Source: Marsupella aquatica
Taxonomy: Eukaryota > Plantae > Marchantiophyta
Assembly (NCBI GenBank): GCA_973895155.1
Contig: OZ316893.1
Span: 8,743,839 to 8,807,838, forward strand
Direction: 5' to 3'
Length of the DNA: 64,000 bases
The position numbers and the translations under genes are program-made. Shown here in pieces: positions 26,182 through 38,897 of the stretch; position 1 is the stretch's first letter; every line of letters starts with the position of its first letter. The notes below the pieces were generated by a model. That model made no database searches and was not told the DNA's origin. It was given only the letters and a program-made list of their open reading frames with translations.

Positions 26182-27858
26182 ATAAATTCAAAGTCCATGT
26201 ATTGTTACTTGCAAAGGTGCATTACACTGATCGGATTTATAGAAATTAAGAAAATCAGCTGCCCCCGTTACTGGGGGAAATTCTTGTAAGAGTCTTGTAT
26301 AAAGGTGTCGGTACAGCCGAGATGCTAAGTTTTAGAAGTGATGTTAATGCTGTCAATCTGTGCACGCATTCTTGCTTAAGCAATTTTCTACAGTGATACA
26401 CAGCAAGCCTGAACAGGAATGGCCGTTGTTTTAGTCTCAAGGGACGATTCGTTCTCGACGTAGTGATGAGGAGGTGTTGCTTACCTAACTGCTTTCAGAA
26501 AATTGATGCACTCATCAGGGACAAAGATGAGCTTTCAATCAATACGTCGGGTCTCTAACCCTCGGGATCTAATCAGGTTTATTGATCGCCAGAAAGAAGG
26601 TTCTCAGTTCGTTGTCTGGATAGCTCAATGAACCACACGGTTCTAACAGCATTTTATTGTCAATGAGTACATTCTATGGATCAAAGGTAAAGAGGCCGAT
26701 CGCGGTGTTTGTGATGAGATCTAAGAACATGGGCTCGCTCGAACTAATATGCCTTTTGTCAAGAACAGCAAAATAGGAATTACGGCAATGGATCATCAAA
26801 AAGTAACTGAATTGGGTGCCTTTGTCGAAAGTTGTAAACCCCACCAAGGAGATCGTGTCACAAATTAAGGGAAGAAACACCTCTCGTACACTTTCGAGTG
26901 CTTTCGCATATTGGTGGGGATTTCCAACGAGCCGATTTGGAGAAAACTATAAGGGAAAAGAGCATGTGATTCATGTAGTTTGTAAACACTAAGAGTATAC
27001 GCCTTGACAGTCGAATCGAGGTCGTGTTCAGTTAGTTCAAATCCGTGGTTGGCTGGATTTGGACTATCTGAACTTTGTGTAAGGCGGTTTTACAGTTTTT
27101 AGATGATTTAACGTGATGTCAGACTTTGATTAAATTTATACCATCAATTTCTGTTGTCTTGTCGTGGATCTGTGCACGAATGAACTAATGAATGGCATTC
27201 CAATGTAATGTGCATACTTCGCGAGTAGTCACGTTTTACTTTCTTCCTCCGACCCTCAATTCTGTAACTTGGTTCATCTTACACGTAAGTTTTTTGTAAC
27301 AACTGTGGCAATTAGCACCCAGTCCTTGGTCTCAGTGTTGAGAAGAAACTCGGGATGGACCCTTCTTCAAAGTAAAGACCTGTCTCGAACTCTACTTCCC
27401 TAAACTCTACAAATGTCACCAGACAGCTGGAGGAGATGCTAAAGCACAGATAGGTTGCCTGCATACCAAGTAATTTACCTGCTCCGGCATAGACCACACT
27501 GCCGGATAGATGACGCTGCATTGCTCAAGCTCAGTAAACGCTAACATTATGATCAAAATATCCCTCCCGGACACCGGAACAGCAATCAGTACGACGCGGG
27601 CTCAATACCCCTTTCTTTATTTCTGTTGATTATTAACATCTACAAAAGTAGTGACTTCGCTCAATTGTCTAAATGTACAATGGCCTGCCAAGCATCATGA
27701 ATAGTGGAGGACATCCTGCTGTCTACGTCCGACCTATAATGGTGGGGATTCCTTCTTAATCAGGAAGAATCAACAGTCCTTCGCAACTGAAAACCGATTT
27801 CAATGGAATCCCGTGAAGTGGGCTTTTAAGATGAACCCATAAAACGACTACGCGCTGG

Positions 27859-30800
27859 TCAATGGAGCTCTCCCACTGGTGCCTCACTGAGCCATAAAAA
27901 GTGGATAAAGTCATACAGCTTCCCACTGACGCTAACCTGCACATCGACACATAAAATGTCATTCTTGGACATACCACACACCACAGTGATGATCATTCTC
28001 GCTAAATTTGCTGAGCATGTTGTGAAAGAGAATATTTCTACGAGTCTTATGATCTCAGTCACTAGTTTTCTGGTCTGTTGATTAAGAGTGAATATCAGAG
28101 AAAGCATAAATTGCTCTCGACCAAAACCATGTTCTTTAGCAAGATATCTTAGTCTTCGGCAGGAGTGAAGTACACAGCTTCGTTAAGACTGCTCTCCATT
28201 TCAGGTCGAGAGTATTCGACACTCAGTACCATACCTTGTATGGGGTGGGATTCATTGGACGCAGATGATCACTACGCTGAGCGGCCAGTTGTTGTCGGCA
28301 CTGTTCCCTTTGCTCTTCAAGTGTCGGTAATAATTCCCTAGTCTTGCCTGCAATTACATACAATTCACCAATAGGAATGTCAGAAAATGTCTTGCACGTT
28401 AATGTAATCTAACGAACACCCAAACCGCAAAACCGACAAACGATGATAATAAGAACCTGGATTCTTAGAATAAAACAGCCAAACGATGTATATAGCTTCA
28501 AACTCTAAAGTTAAGCCAGCCAGACAAACACACTCATTACCAGATGAGCCAGGTAAGTAGCATTTATAAAGAGGCTCAACCCGTTGAGGAATGACATACG
28601 CCCTTTTGGATTCATTGAAGGGATGTCGACAGAGTATGCGCCCTCCAGCCTGCTTCCATGAACAATTTAGTCAGACCTAACGTAGGAATCTGGCAACTTG
28701 CAACCCTCTCAGCCGGATGCGACACTTTCGCAAAGGTGTGCTGAATTGAAGGTGGATGAAAATTACCACAGTAAAAGTGGAGCCATATATATTCAGGAGA
28801 AGAAAAAAAGGAGAATGACAGGTTAAAAAAACATGTAAAGAAAATCCTGCATCTTGAAGACGATCACCTTAGGTGGGGCTTCATTCTCTCCAACCATCAA
28901 GTCCAACAAAGCATATCCCTCTTTACCATAGAGCCGATAAGCTTGCTTTTTGCATGGGATTGTAACCTGTGAGAAAAAGAAATAACCTGATGATAACGAA
29001 CGAATAGAAAGCTTGTTGACAGCTGCTTGGATAATGGAAATACTTTGCGCAAGATGTCCAGGGACAGACCTTTACTATATCTTCTGAGAGCTTGATTCGG
29101 GGCTGACCATTAATCTCTACAAGTTTGTAGACACAACCCAATGCTGGCTGTTCGTAGCATGTGATTAGATTAGTTCCAATCCCGAAAGCATCTATCTCAT
29201 GCCCCTGATTGACGAAAACCATTAGTGCCATGCAGTGCGACCGGTCAGCCATATACAAGCCTGAAGAGGTGAATTGAAATCAACAGTACACGACAATCTC
29301 CCAATAATCCATAAAATTCTGTTGGCCATTTTCCCACGAAGACAATTCTCAACATCCAGTTATTAAAGGTCTGAGGTTTTGTATGCAAATGGAAGGATAC
29401 TTCTGAACGCAGGTTATATGAAAGCCCTCTCTTGAAGGGAGAAGGTGATCCTCATGCTGATGGCGACAAAAAATGGCTGACAAGCAGAACTTCCTGTGCA
29501 ATATATATATATATCTGACACGGAAGAATTCTCCGTGACAGACGGACCCAAATGAGTAGAACAAGTGCCCTTGGTCACCTGCTTATTTAGTGCCTCCAGT
29601 GTGCCATGACTTATGTCGTTACTTGCAGTGATGACCAATCTTCCGAAGCCCTCTACTCTAAATTCTCGTTCTGCTAGTTTGAAGAAGTTGCGTGTCTCTA
29701 CAGAAAAGTATGACAGATCACCCGAATCCAAACGGACTCCAAGAGCTTTGTACCTGAAATATACACAACCCCGTCATAAAAGCAACACACCACCACGAGA
29801 ACATTCCAAATAAAGGAGGGTCAGAACTTGTACAGTAAAGAAGCTTTGTTCCAAACTAATATTTTTTCTACCCACAGCAATGGATATAAATTCAGACATA
29901 GTCAACCACTTTGGATCCAGCATTGAACTGTTTTCCAAAGAGGAGACACTATGAACGCTACCGAGATACATGATAAAAAGAGAGAATTAATACATCAATT
30001 TACCTCAACTCAGAATGGTCGAAACAACAACGATAAAAAAAACGTACTCCACGACGGTAAGCGGACGACTACATACCCTAAATCATGAAGGGCAAGGGCA
30101 ACAGCGCAAAAGTTGGGAACTCCACTTCTCAACACCTGTGAAATAACCACCCGAGATTTTGTTGTGAGATGTGCCAGAAAGCCCACTATAAGGATTTCCA
30201 GTAGAAGGGAGCACGGCTGTAATACTCCCCAATCTGTTGCCACAAAAATGTGTTCCTGGCCGAATCCTAACATAAACGCCTTGCAATTCTATAAAGATTA
30301 AAAATTCAATCAAAATCGGAGGCCGTCAACATACGTACTTTACGGATACTATCCATGCCAGAACATATCTTCAGAAACAGAAGTCTTTTATCTTTTCTAT
30401 CCTGTTTAGTATTTTTGTTTTTCGATGATTAGAAGGACCCTCACAGACACCACACTCAACAGCATCAGGTGCATTTTGAGGTGAAGCAATTGGCCTGCCA
30501 CAGCTTGAACTTAAGACCAATGGCTCATGTACCAAATGCTCAACTCCGACACACAGCGGACATGGGAAAGCCAGTTCTAAGAGATAGGACCGTCTGACAG
30601 TGCTGTCTCATCTATATTTTGTGGCAAAATATAAGGACCGACATTATGCAATAGATCTAAAACATACTGCTGCCAAATAATAGCTTCGAGAGCCTTGACT
30701 CTTGACATACTATCGTTCGTTATGCCTCAGACAGTTGATAGTCTCACCACACCAGCAATACACGAGACTTACATCATACGTGTCGACAAGTGCTTGGAAT

Positions 30801-33800
30801 GCAGTAGGGAAAGCCAATGCATAAGATGTGAAGGCTGCCAGTTCGCTGTGATTTGTTTCCGAGAACAATGAACTAAAAGCTGGGAGTTCCTGCAAAGAGA
30901 TCAAAACAGTCAATTTTATCACCTTGCTGAGTGAGACAGTAGTCCATTAAACGATAAAAAAGCGTGTCATAGAGAATTTAGAAAGGGTCTGCTACAAGAA
31001 GTTTCAGGTTTGGTGTAAAAGATTGCATAGACCATCAAGAGCGAAGGTTTGAAGGTAGAATGGTCAGGGATGAGCACCAATCAGTTACAAAGAGCAGAGA
31101 ATACAAGACAAAGCGATCAGTGGAAGTGAAGCATAACATCTCTCCAGCGACAACATGCCAAAACAATTGGTTCCAACCAGAACAACTGGTCCCAACCACA
31201 TCTGTTGTCAGCTTCCGTATGAACAGGTCAACCATCTATTAAGGATAGTAGCACTACCTGCATTCGAGTCAAGTACTGCATTGTGAGGTGCGCAAAGTCT
31301 TCGCATTGGCTGGAGCCATTGATGTGCTTCAGTCTTCTGTCCGTTATTTCATCAAAGCTCTGCACCCATCCAAAAAAGTACCTTTATTGTTGCTTCTTTA
31401 AAAGTAAAGGTGCAAACGCTTTTCATGCCAACGGGTAATGGAGAATTAAAACAAAATGGCGGGGTCAAGAGTCAAAAATTTCCCACGAACCATGAATGAG
31501 CTGACAAATGCATGTGAGTGTGTCCCACGTACAGGTATTCCAAACCTTTGCCCTGCAGCAAGATTGCTGCACATCAAGCAGTTTGCTTTCCTTACTGGAA
31601 TGGATTTAGAAACCTAAATCACTAATACCACATCCTCACCCTATTTACTAACTTATGTTCGCGGTAGAAACAGCATTGCCCTTAAATGGACAAGAAACGT
31701 GCTTTCAGGTAAAACCTAGTTATCTTCGATATAACTAAGACTAATCCAATGGCCCACAGCAAATCGCTCAAGTTGAGAAGCTAAGGTGAGCTTGGGAATC
31801 ATCTTCGTCTAGCATGACTTCCTACGGCGACTTTCATTCTCCGGGAACAGATTCCTACTTTTCTTTTTCCTGCTTACTTCCAAAGTTGTACACCGCAATT
31901 GAACATCATTCACTACAGAATCATTCAATAAGTTGTCTACAAATGTAAAACGTGAAGAGAACTACCTGGTTGCATCAAAACCGCCCAGGTAACAATACTT
32001 TGACCCACATATACCACCATCGGGTCCCTGGCAATTCAGACAGGTAATGTCCGTCAAATACGTAACCAGGAAATTTGGACAGTTTTGCAAATAATTTGAG
32101 TGGGTTCACAATATAGAAAACTAACCACGATCCATTTGGTCACTTCGATGTCAAAGCACAGAGGTGACCCTACATCCAGTGTGCGGATTTGTGCACAGGG
32201 CATTCTTGTCACAGGTAAGAAATTGCCGTTTCTTAGCATATATCCTCGTGCACCCTAATTTGGAACAAAAAGAACGGAAATTTTGCAATTCTCAAGAAAC
32301 AACAATGAAGGTGAGAATCCCTACCTGTGCACGTCGCAATCCGAATTCAAGCAGCAACTTATCACCGCCTGCAACGCGCCTGTATCTGGCCGCGTTTGTG
32401 GCCACCAACGACGCATAGTTGACTAATGTCAAAAATGTGGTCTCCAAGAGCTGCACAATCTGCTTCCAGTACGATGCAGAGCTTCAACTTGTTGTCATTT
32501 TGACTTGAAGTAATTCCACAACAACAACAACAACAACAACAACACTTGTGCAGAAACTTTTTCACAAGTGTGGCTGGATGTGTTCCATTATCAATTCAGA
32601 AAACCTTTACGACAAATCCAATGCTGTGCACTGCAACTGAAGTTGATGTCGATCAAGGTGTACCAGCAAAGGTCCTTCCACCCTAATAAGAGGTACTCGG
32701 GGAAACACAACGGAGCCTTCTGCAATTGCATGGATTTCAACTTGGGAGCAATCCACAGTTTTCAAGTAGTCGAAGAAAGCTTCCTGCCGAATCAACATCA
32801 ATCACATTATGCTTCCTACATCTGGAAACGTCTGCGATAGCTCTCTCCCACAAACAAAGATATCAGAGACCACCTGACGCCTATGGTAAGGTACTTTGCC
32901 TCAGGTAAAACGATCACTTCAGACCTACTAATCGACTTAGAGAAGGATAATCAAGAGAACTGGAGTGAGATGCGATGTGCTGACCTACCTCACACCCGGG
33001 AGGCAATATGCTTTTTAAGTAGTCTATTTCATCATTACTAAACGAGAAATGTGCAGCAAACTTCACACATTCGTCAAGACCTGCAAACACGGTATATTCT
33101 CCACCGAATGGATTTTTTCGATGAAGTAGATCAAACCTGTCACAGATAGCCAAGAGCCATCAAAAGATGCAGGTCATACGGCAGAGAATTGACAAGTCGA
33201 AGTGACACTGATCAGCGTGCTTTCCATAGCTCAACCACCTCTTAAACCATACTCATCGATGGACGAACAGTGTCTCCACGTCATTCTCTTTCTCCCTTGT
33301 CTGCCTTGTGGCCAAGTGAACTTTGCTTCACATTGCTTAATTCTCTGTCCTAGCATTACTTAGGGCGAGTTGGTAGCCTGGTGAGCACACGAGGTCCACC
33401 ACAAGCAAGCTTCTATTTCTCTAAAATTGATGTAGACGGCGAATCTAGGAAGAATATGGCGAAAAGATCTAGGAAGTTCATTTTCAGGCCAGGTTTTGCT
33501 GAAGCACCCCGACAAAATCAACCAACGAATTACAGAATTTTGAGACACAGAAGAAAGTCACAAGTAAGAGCGGGATGAATGCTTACACTGCAACGTCTTC
33601 TTGCTTTCCTGCCTTCCAGTACGCGTACGCCATTGTCAGCTGATACATATCCGTCAACAACGGGGTGACCATGGGGTTGGTAGGAGGCGCCAGGGAACTA
33701 TCCTCCTCCCTCCCCGTCGTCACTCCTCCATCACATTCAATCTTCTGCTGAATTCCATGATTGGCCCTTGCCGGAGTCCCCATGGCGGTCTCCTTCGAAG

Positions 33801-33816
33801 TGAGAGAGCGCTCCAT
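27859..33816 (-). CDS. NAPRT: Nicotinate phosphoribosyltransferase (NAD salvage), about 15 exons
   Basis: Exon motifs [109 protein letters not shown] and [14 protein letters not shown]. Confidence 0.96.
32517..32543. repeat. (CAA)n microsatellite in a NAPRT intron
   Basis: About 8 CAA units. Confidence 0.9.
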
Positions 33817-34577
33817 GTTCGCAACGCTTCTGTCTGACCTCCCTGACGTTCCCCTCCGTTCCTCCCGGAACCGTAGCGCAAAGCTAATGTGAAAGTGCTG
33901 CAGATTCAATGTTCAAAAGTGGATCCCTCCACCTCCCCTCCCTCCCTCCTTTAAAGACAAACAAGACCACGCCAGCCAGAGACGGAAATTGCCACGACAA
34001 AGTGCCGGTCCTGAAATTGATGACCTCTGCTTGGTAGCGTTCCCACATTTGAGGTCGCAACTACCTCGTGCATGCGGACGAAAGCAGAACTAAAAATTAC
34101 AGTCCGGTCCTCATATTCAACCAGTCTCCTCCCTTTCCAGAGCTGCCCCTACAGTACCTGCGGACATGTTGCTTTGTGCACTGCTTTGTCACCCATCAGC
34201 AATTCAGCATGCTCCGGCGGCAGGAGAATCATCATCTATCTGCCTTGCTTCTCTCGATCGGTCGATCAATCCTTCGACTGTTTCTTCGTGTATCGAACGA
34301 AGCACAGCTTGCTTGCTTGCTTGCTCGCAGGCGGGGTGTCCCACCAGCGAGGCCACAAATCAGCACCATGTACTACTACAGCAGTGAAGTGGAAATCTTT
34401 CGAAGGAAACAAAAATCAGCGGCATCGTCATGATTTGCTGCGAAACTGGGAAACTGCAGCAGCAGCAGCAGCAGAAATGTCCAACGCAATCGAATTTCGC
34501 AGATTGAGGTACAATCTTGCGTCAGCCTCTGTGACGGTCGAGGGGAGAGGGCTTTACTAGTATGGGCATTTACTGTT

Positions 34578-34717
34578 AAAAAAAAACAAAGTACAAGGAA
34601 ACGAAGGAAAAGTGGTCCAAAGCGAACTAAACACGAAACAAGGAAAATGAAGGGAAAAAATGTCAAACACCATGAGTGCACATTGAAAAATGTGACAAGA
34701 GCCAATGGTCCACATCC
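34578..34717 (-). mobile_element. Short 3'-end fragment of the CRE-family element
   Basis: Minus-strand GATGTGGACCATTGGCTCTTGTCACA matches GATGTGGACCATTAGCTTTTGCCACA, the end of the ORF at ~51884-51910. A T-rich tail follows. Confidence 0.6.
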
Positions 34718-34723
34718 GATTTA

Positions 34724-34894
34724 CTAACTAAATTACCAAGTATAAGATGAATGTACTCTAGGGGGCTAACTAAATTACCAAGTATAAGATGAATGTACAC
34801 TAGGGGGCTAACTAAATTACCAAGGATAAGATAAATGTACTCTAGGGGGCTAACTAAATTACCAAGTATAAGATAAATGTACTCTAGGGGGCTA
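34724..34894. repeat. 42-bp minisatellite x4
   Basis: CTAACTAAATTACCAAGTATAAGATGAATGTACTCTAGGGGG, near-perfect and head-to-tail with no spacers. Confidence 0.95.
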
Positions 34895-36182
34895 GCGTCT
34901 AGGGAGGCACAGTGGCGCCCACTATGTAGGGGGTTTCAACCTGGGGTCCTGAAACTTTCGCAATGAAAATCAGGCCGATTTTTTAGAGGTTGATATTGGA
35001 GTTGATATTCAAACTTCACAGTGTCCAACAAATAAAAGAATCAGGTCAAAGAGAAAGAATAAAGACAAAGTGTGAATTTTTTTAAGTGGGAATGAATGAG
35101 CTAGCATGGCACCGTTGTCCAAGGAGGAAAGAAATGGACAAACAAACAAAAACAAAAAAAACAACCTAACACAATGCAGGATGATCAAGGAGGATCCTCC
35201 CTCCATGATCCATGCAAGGAAGTATTTATACATATTCAATACCTCAAAATACATAATTTCATGTAATATTATATATATCAAACTGCCCAAGGGCAAAAAA
35301 CGCCTAACTGGGAGACATGATCCCAAAGGCAAAGCAACCCAATGAAGGGAAGGAAAAAGGGGGAAAGGGCCCCAAGAAAAACAAGCCAAGGGGACCCCAA
35401 CCAAAAGCCAATGAAGAAGCAAGGGGCAAAAAAGAGGGAACCAACAAAGGAGCCATGAAGGCAAACACCCTTTTTTATTGCATATACTAATTTAGTCAAT
35501 ATTGTACTACATTCACTAATCAAATCAAAAGTATTCTCTGAATTTTGCACTGATTATTACAATCATTTTCCTTGTCATTTTCAGTGCCAAAAACCAAAAA
35601 CAAAAGGCCAAAAGACACAGTAAAGAGCAGGGCACCGGTGTTGATGGCAAGGTGTCAGGTGAGGGCACACTTGCAATGCAGGGGCAGCACCTCGAAGGGC
35701 TCCAGCTTTTCATGGGTGGGCCAGGCAGGAGCAAGTGGAAGGAAGGTGAATGAGAAAAAGAGAACACCAAGAATATTGAAAAGGGGGAGTTAAGGTTCAA
35801 AAGGAAAAGAAGGGGGAAAAGGTAAAAGAACAAAGAAAAAAAAGCCCCAAAGAAAAAAAGCCCCCACTCATTTTGTCATGCTTTTATGGTGGTCATCTCC
35901 AGTGAAAGGTGACACTAATTTTTCTCAATGATACTTTTTTCCTTGACTACTTCCTCACAACATCTTTTGCAAAACAAAATCTTCCATTCAAAGACTTCTT
36001 TTGCAGCATCTTTTCCATAATGATATCATATGCACAATGACATTTGTTTGGCATGGACAGCTTTATGCAATGACATCTCAAATTGTGCAACGCATGGGTA
36101 TTAAACACGACCACAATGACTTTAGTCATGCAAGTTGACACATAACATGCCTCAACAATTACTTTGCAATTAATGCCTAGAT

Positions 36183-36525
36183 TGTTAGGTATTTACTCAT
36201 GGTCTAGGGTTACGACATGTAACCGTAGTTAGGCTAACCATAGTCGGAGACGTGGTTAGGTTAACTAGGATGCACACTATATGCCAAGCGGTGTTTGCTT
36301 GGATAAGTGGAACTTAGGCTCATTGTTATGGAGCCACTTGAGAGATGAGGAGAGCTTACACTGTGGAGACTTGGTATAGCCGACGGGCTTAGAGTTCAGT
36401 AAAGCTCTCTTGTGTGTTCCCGTGGACGTAGCCTCGAGGAGGTGAACCACGTATCTCTTGTGTCGACTACTTGCGCGTTGGATGTGTCATGTGCTTACCA
36501 TTACGAGTGTCGTCTATACTCAACA
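36183..36525 (+). mobile_element. Solo LTR (Ty1/Copia-like), 343 bp, 5-bp TSD
   Basis: TGTT...AACA termini flanked by TAGAT on both sides (36178-36182 and 36526-36530). Contains CCCGTGGACGTAGCC...GAACCACGTA, typical of the U5 region of plant Copia LTRs. Confidence 0.85.
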
Positions 36526-36559
36526 TAGATTTTTTTCCCTTGGCTTGAGATCTCTGCTT

Positions 36560-36780
36560 AACCTTGACATGCTTTTCTTTTCTAGACATATTTTTCTTTC
36601 CTCAACATCTTTTCTTCATATTGACAACTTTATCTCAAAATCATTATTTTTATCACTTTGACGTCTTTATCCCACCTTGACATCTTCGTCTGACCTTGAT
36701 ATCTTTTTTCTCACATCAACATCTTTTCCTCAGGTCAACATCTTTTCTCATGTCAACATCTTTTCCTCACGTTGATATTT
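36560..36780. repeat. Degenerate ~20-bp repeats
   Basis: Recurring (T)CAACATCTTTT(C)CTCA / TTGACATCTT units. Confidence 0.6.
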
Positions 36781-36959
36781 ACAGACCTCCATAGCTTTCT
36801 TAAATAAATAAATAAAACTACAAAACCTTCATGTGAAGTGATGGCTCGTCCTTTTTGTGTGTTCTTCCCACCAAAATGACACACGCTCTTTCACCAGTAG
36901 TTGAGTGTTGTCTTCCAGTCTGTCTTGTGACGGTAACGCTCAACATAACTCACAAATGA

Positions 36960-37450
36960 TCAATAAGGAATGGTAGAAACATGATTTCTCCAATGTGTAA
37001 GCAAAAACCGTTCTTCCACATTCAACTTTCCGTTTGATAAACCAGAGAGATTATCTCAACGGGATCTATCTCCTCTATCTTTTGAGCATTATTTTTTGTA
37101 TGAGCACACACCAAGATCATCGGGAGACTCAAAACCATAAGTTACCACCTTGCTAAAAATTGATTTCACTTTATCAAACACACATTCCTTGGATGAACAT
37201 GGGGTTCCACGGATTAATTTCTGTGCAATGCATGGGCATTGGGCTAGTGATTTCTATAAAAAAAAGTGAATCCTAAGTAAATGAGTGGAAACCAGAATAT
37301 ATAAGCCCCGATGGAGGAGGGGTTTGTTCTGCCCATCTCCATCGACTATGTAAAGTCATCACTCATTTTACATGGGGGAAAAAAACAACTCATTGCTTTT
37401 GGGTGGATGATTCACTTTTGCAAAAGGACACCTCAAGTACTTTTCCTGGC
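36960..37450 (+). mobile_element. Decayed L1-type reverse transcriptase fragment
   Basis: Frameshifted remnants resembling RGLRQGDPLSPYLF (~37045-37085) and THCFWVDDSL, which resembles SHLxFADDxL (~37388-37418). Confidence 0.4.
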
Positions 37451-38458
37451 ACCCTAGCCTAGTGGAAACTATTGGTTTTGGGAGGTGTGTATTTATTTGG
37501 GCAAGTTTTGGATCTTTGTTTATTCTCAAATTTTGCTAGTATGGTATCTTGCTGGCTCCACTTTGAGGTCCTCAAGCTCATAATTATGTAGGGACTCACC
37601 TGAAGCTGAGAATTGCTTGCTTTTCTATGGGTACTGGCAGGACTGACTTGGTAGACTGGAGTTAGCTATGGTTGGCAAGGAAAACATACTCTGAATGTAA
37701 GCCCAAATATTTTGTGCAACAAAACTGTTGACATGTTAATTTGCACCATCCCTCTATACGTGCATAATCTTCCAAAATAAGACAAACCAAACAGTGTAAT
37801 TCCTTGATAAGTGCAAAGTCCATTAAAACTGCACTTACTACTAAGTGCAATATTGCTTAGAAATTGCAGAACTTATCAGTGAGTGCAAATATTGAATTGT
37901 CCTATTATGTGTTGGACATATTGAGGTTTTGGTGTATTGAATTTTTTTGAAGTTTATGCAAGAATTGCTCTTATCAGGATTCTGATAAGTGACAAGCCCT
38001 CCTTAGGTTGTACTTACCAACCACTACCTACAATGGTTACTACATATTGAGGTCAATACATCATGCCGTCACCTCCACTTTTTATGAAGCGGGGATGGAC
38101 TGGCAAAGCTTGGATAGACTTGCTCAGAATATTTAAGTTGACTCAAATAACACTGTTTACACTTTTGACTGAAATGTGACGTGTAAACGGTCTCCTTACC
38201 CGTTGCAGCCAGTTTCGATTACATTATCAAACTGGGTCTCTCAGTAACTTGAAGACTTGATGACCTTGAACCTGAAAGACATCAAGACGTCATGCTGTTA
38301 CTCAGGATCACCATGACGACTTGATCACTTTCTCCCCCAAGGTAGTCAAAGTTGTCAAATGCGACCTGCCCTTTCTCTTTACGGTGTACAAACAACGACA
38401 ATTGCTCTAAGCAATCCATGGGGATGGGCAGGGACAATGTCTTGGTCCATGGGAGTCT

Positions 38459-38544
38459 GGACCAATGGAATAAATCTGAGGTCATTGCAATTACCCATCA
38501 AGGACCAATGGAATAAATCTGAGGTCATTGCAATTACCCATCAA
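38459..38544. repeat. 43-bp tandem duplication
   Basis: GGACCAATGGAATAAATCTGAGGTCATTGCAATTACCCATCAA x2. Confidence 0.9.
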
Positions 38545-38642
38545 GAAGCTGACTCTAAAACCACGCCTTTCCACTTACCGAGGTCTTACTGTAGTCTCTT
38601 ACCGCACCCACCCTTAAACCCCAGCCAAGGCGCAGACGCTCT

Positions 38643-38671
38643 AAACCCTGAAACGCAAACCCTAAACCCTT
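38643..38671 (+). promoter_or_regulatory. Telo-box cluster upstream of RRP9/YAO
   Basis: AAACCCTAA at 38657-38665 flanked by AAACCCT variants, about 240 bp upstream of the ATG. Telo-boxes are characteristic of plant ribosome-biogenesis and translation gene promoters. Confidence 0.65.
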
Positions 38672-38897
38672 GAGACAGAGGAGAGACGCCCCCGTCTGAA
38701 CTCTCGAACACTCCCAACGATCTAGTAGTTCAGTCCTATGTGCCATTCCGGCCTGCACCCTCTGCTTGCTCGGCTCTGCTCCGCTCCGCTCCCATCCAAT
38801 CGACCAAGCTCCGAATTTGCGGTGCAGAAAATCGATTACAAGCGAGGAATAGCAATGTGAAGTTCGGTGTGACCGATAAGGTTTGTGGATTGATTTG

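Noticed and set aside
34724-34894. CRISPR-like regular repeats (also 23195-23888)
   Set aside because: The units are head-to-tail without unique spacers, there are no cas genes, and the context is eukaryotic.
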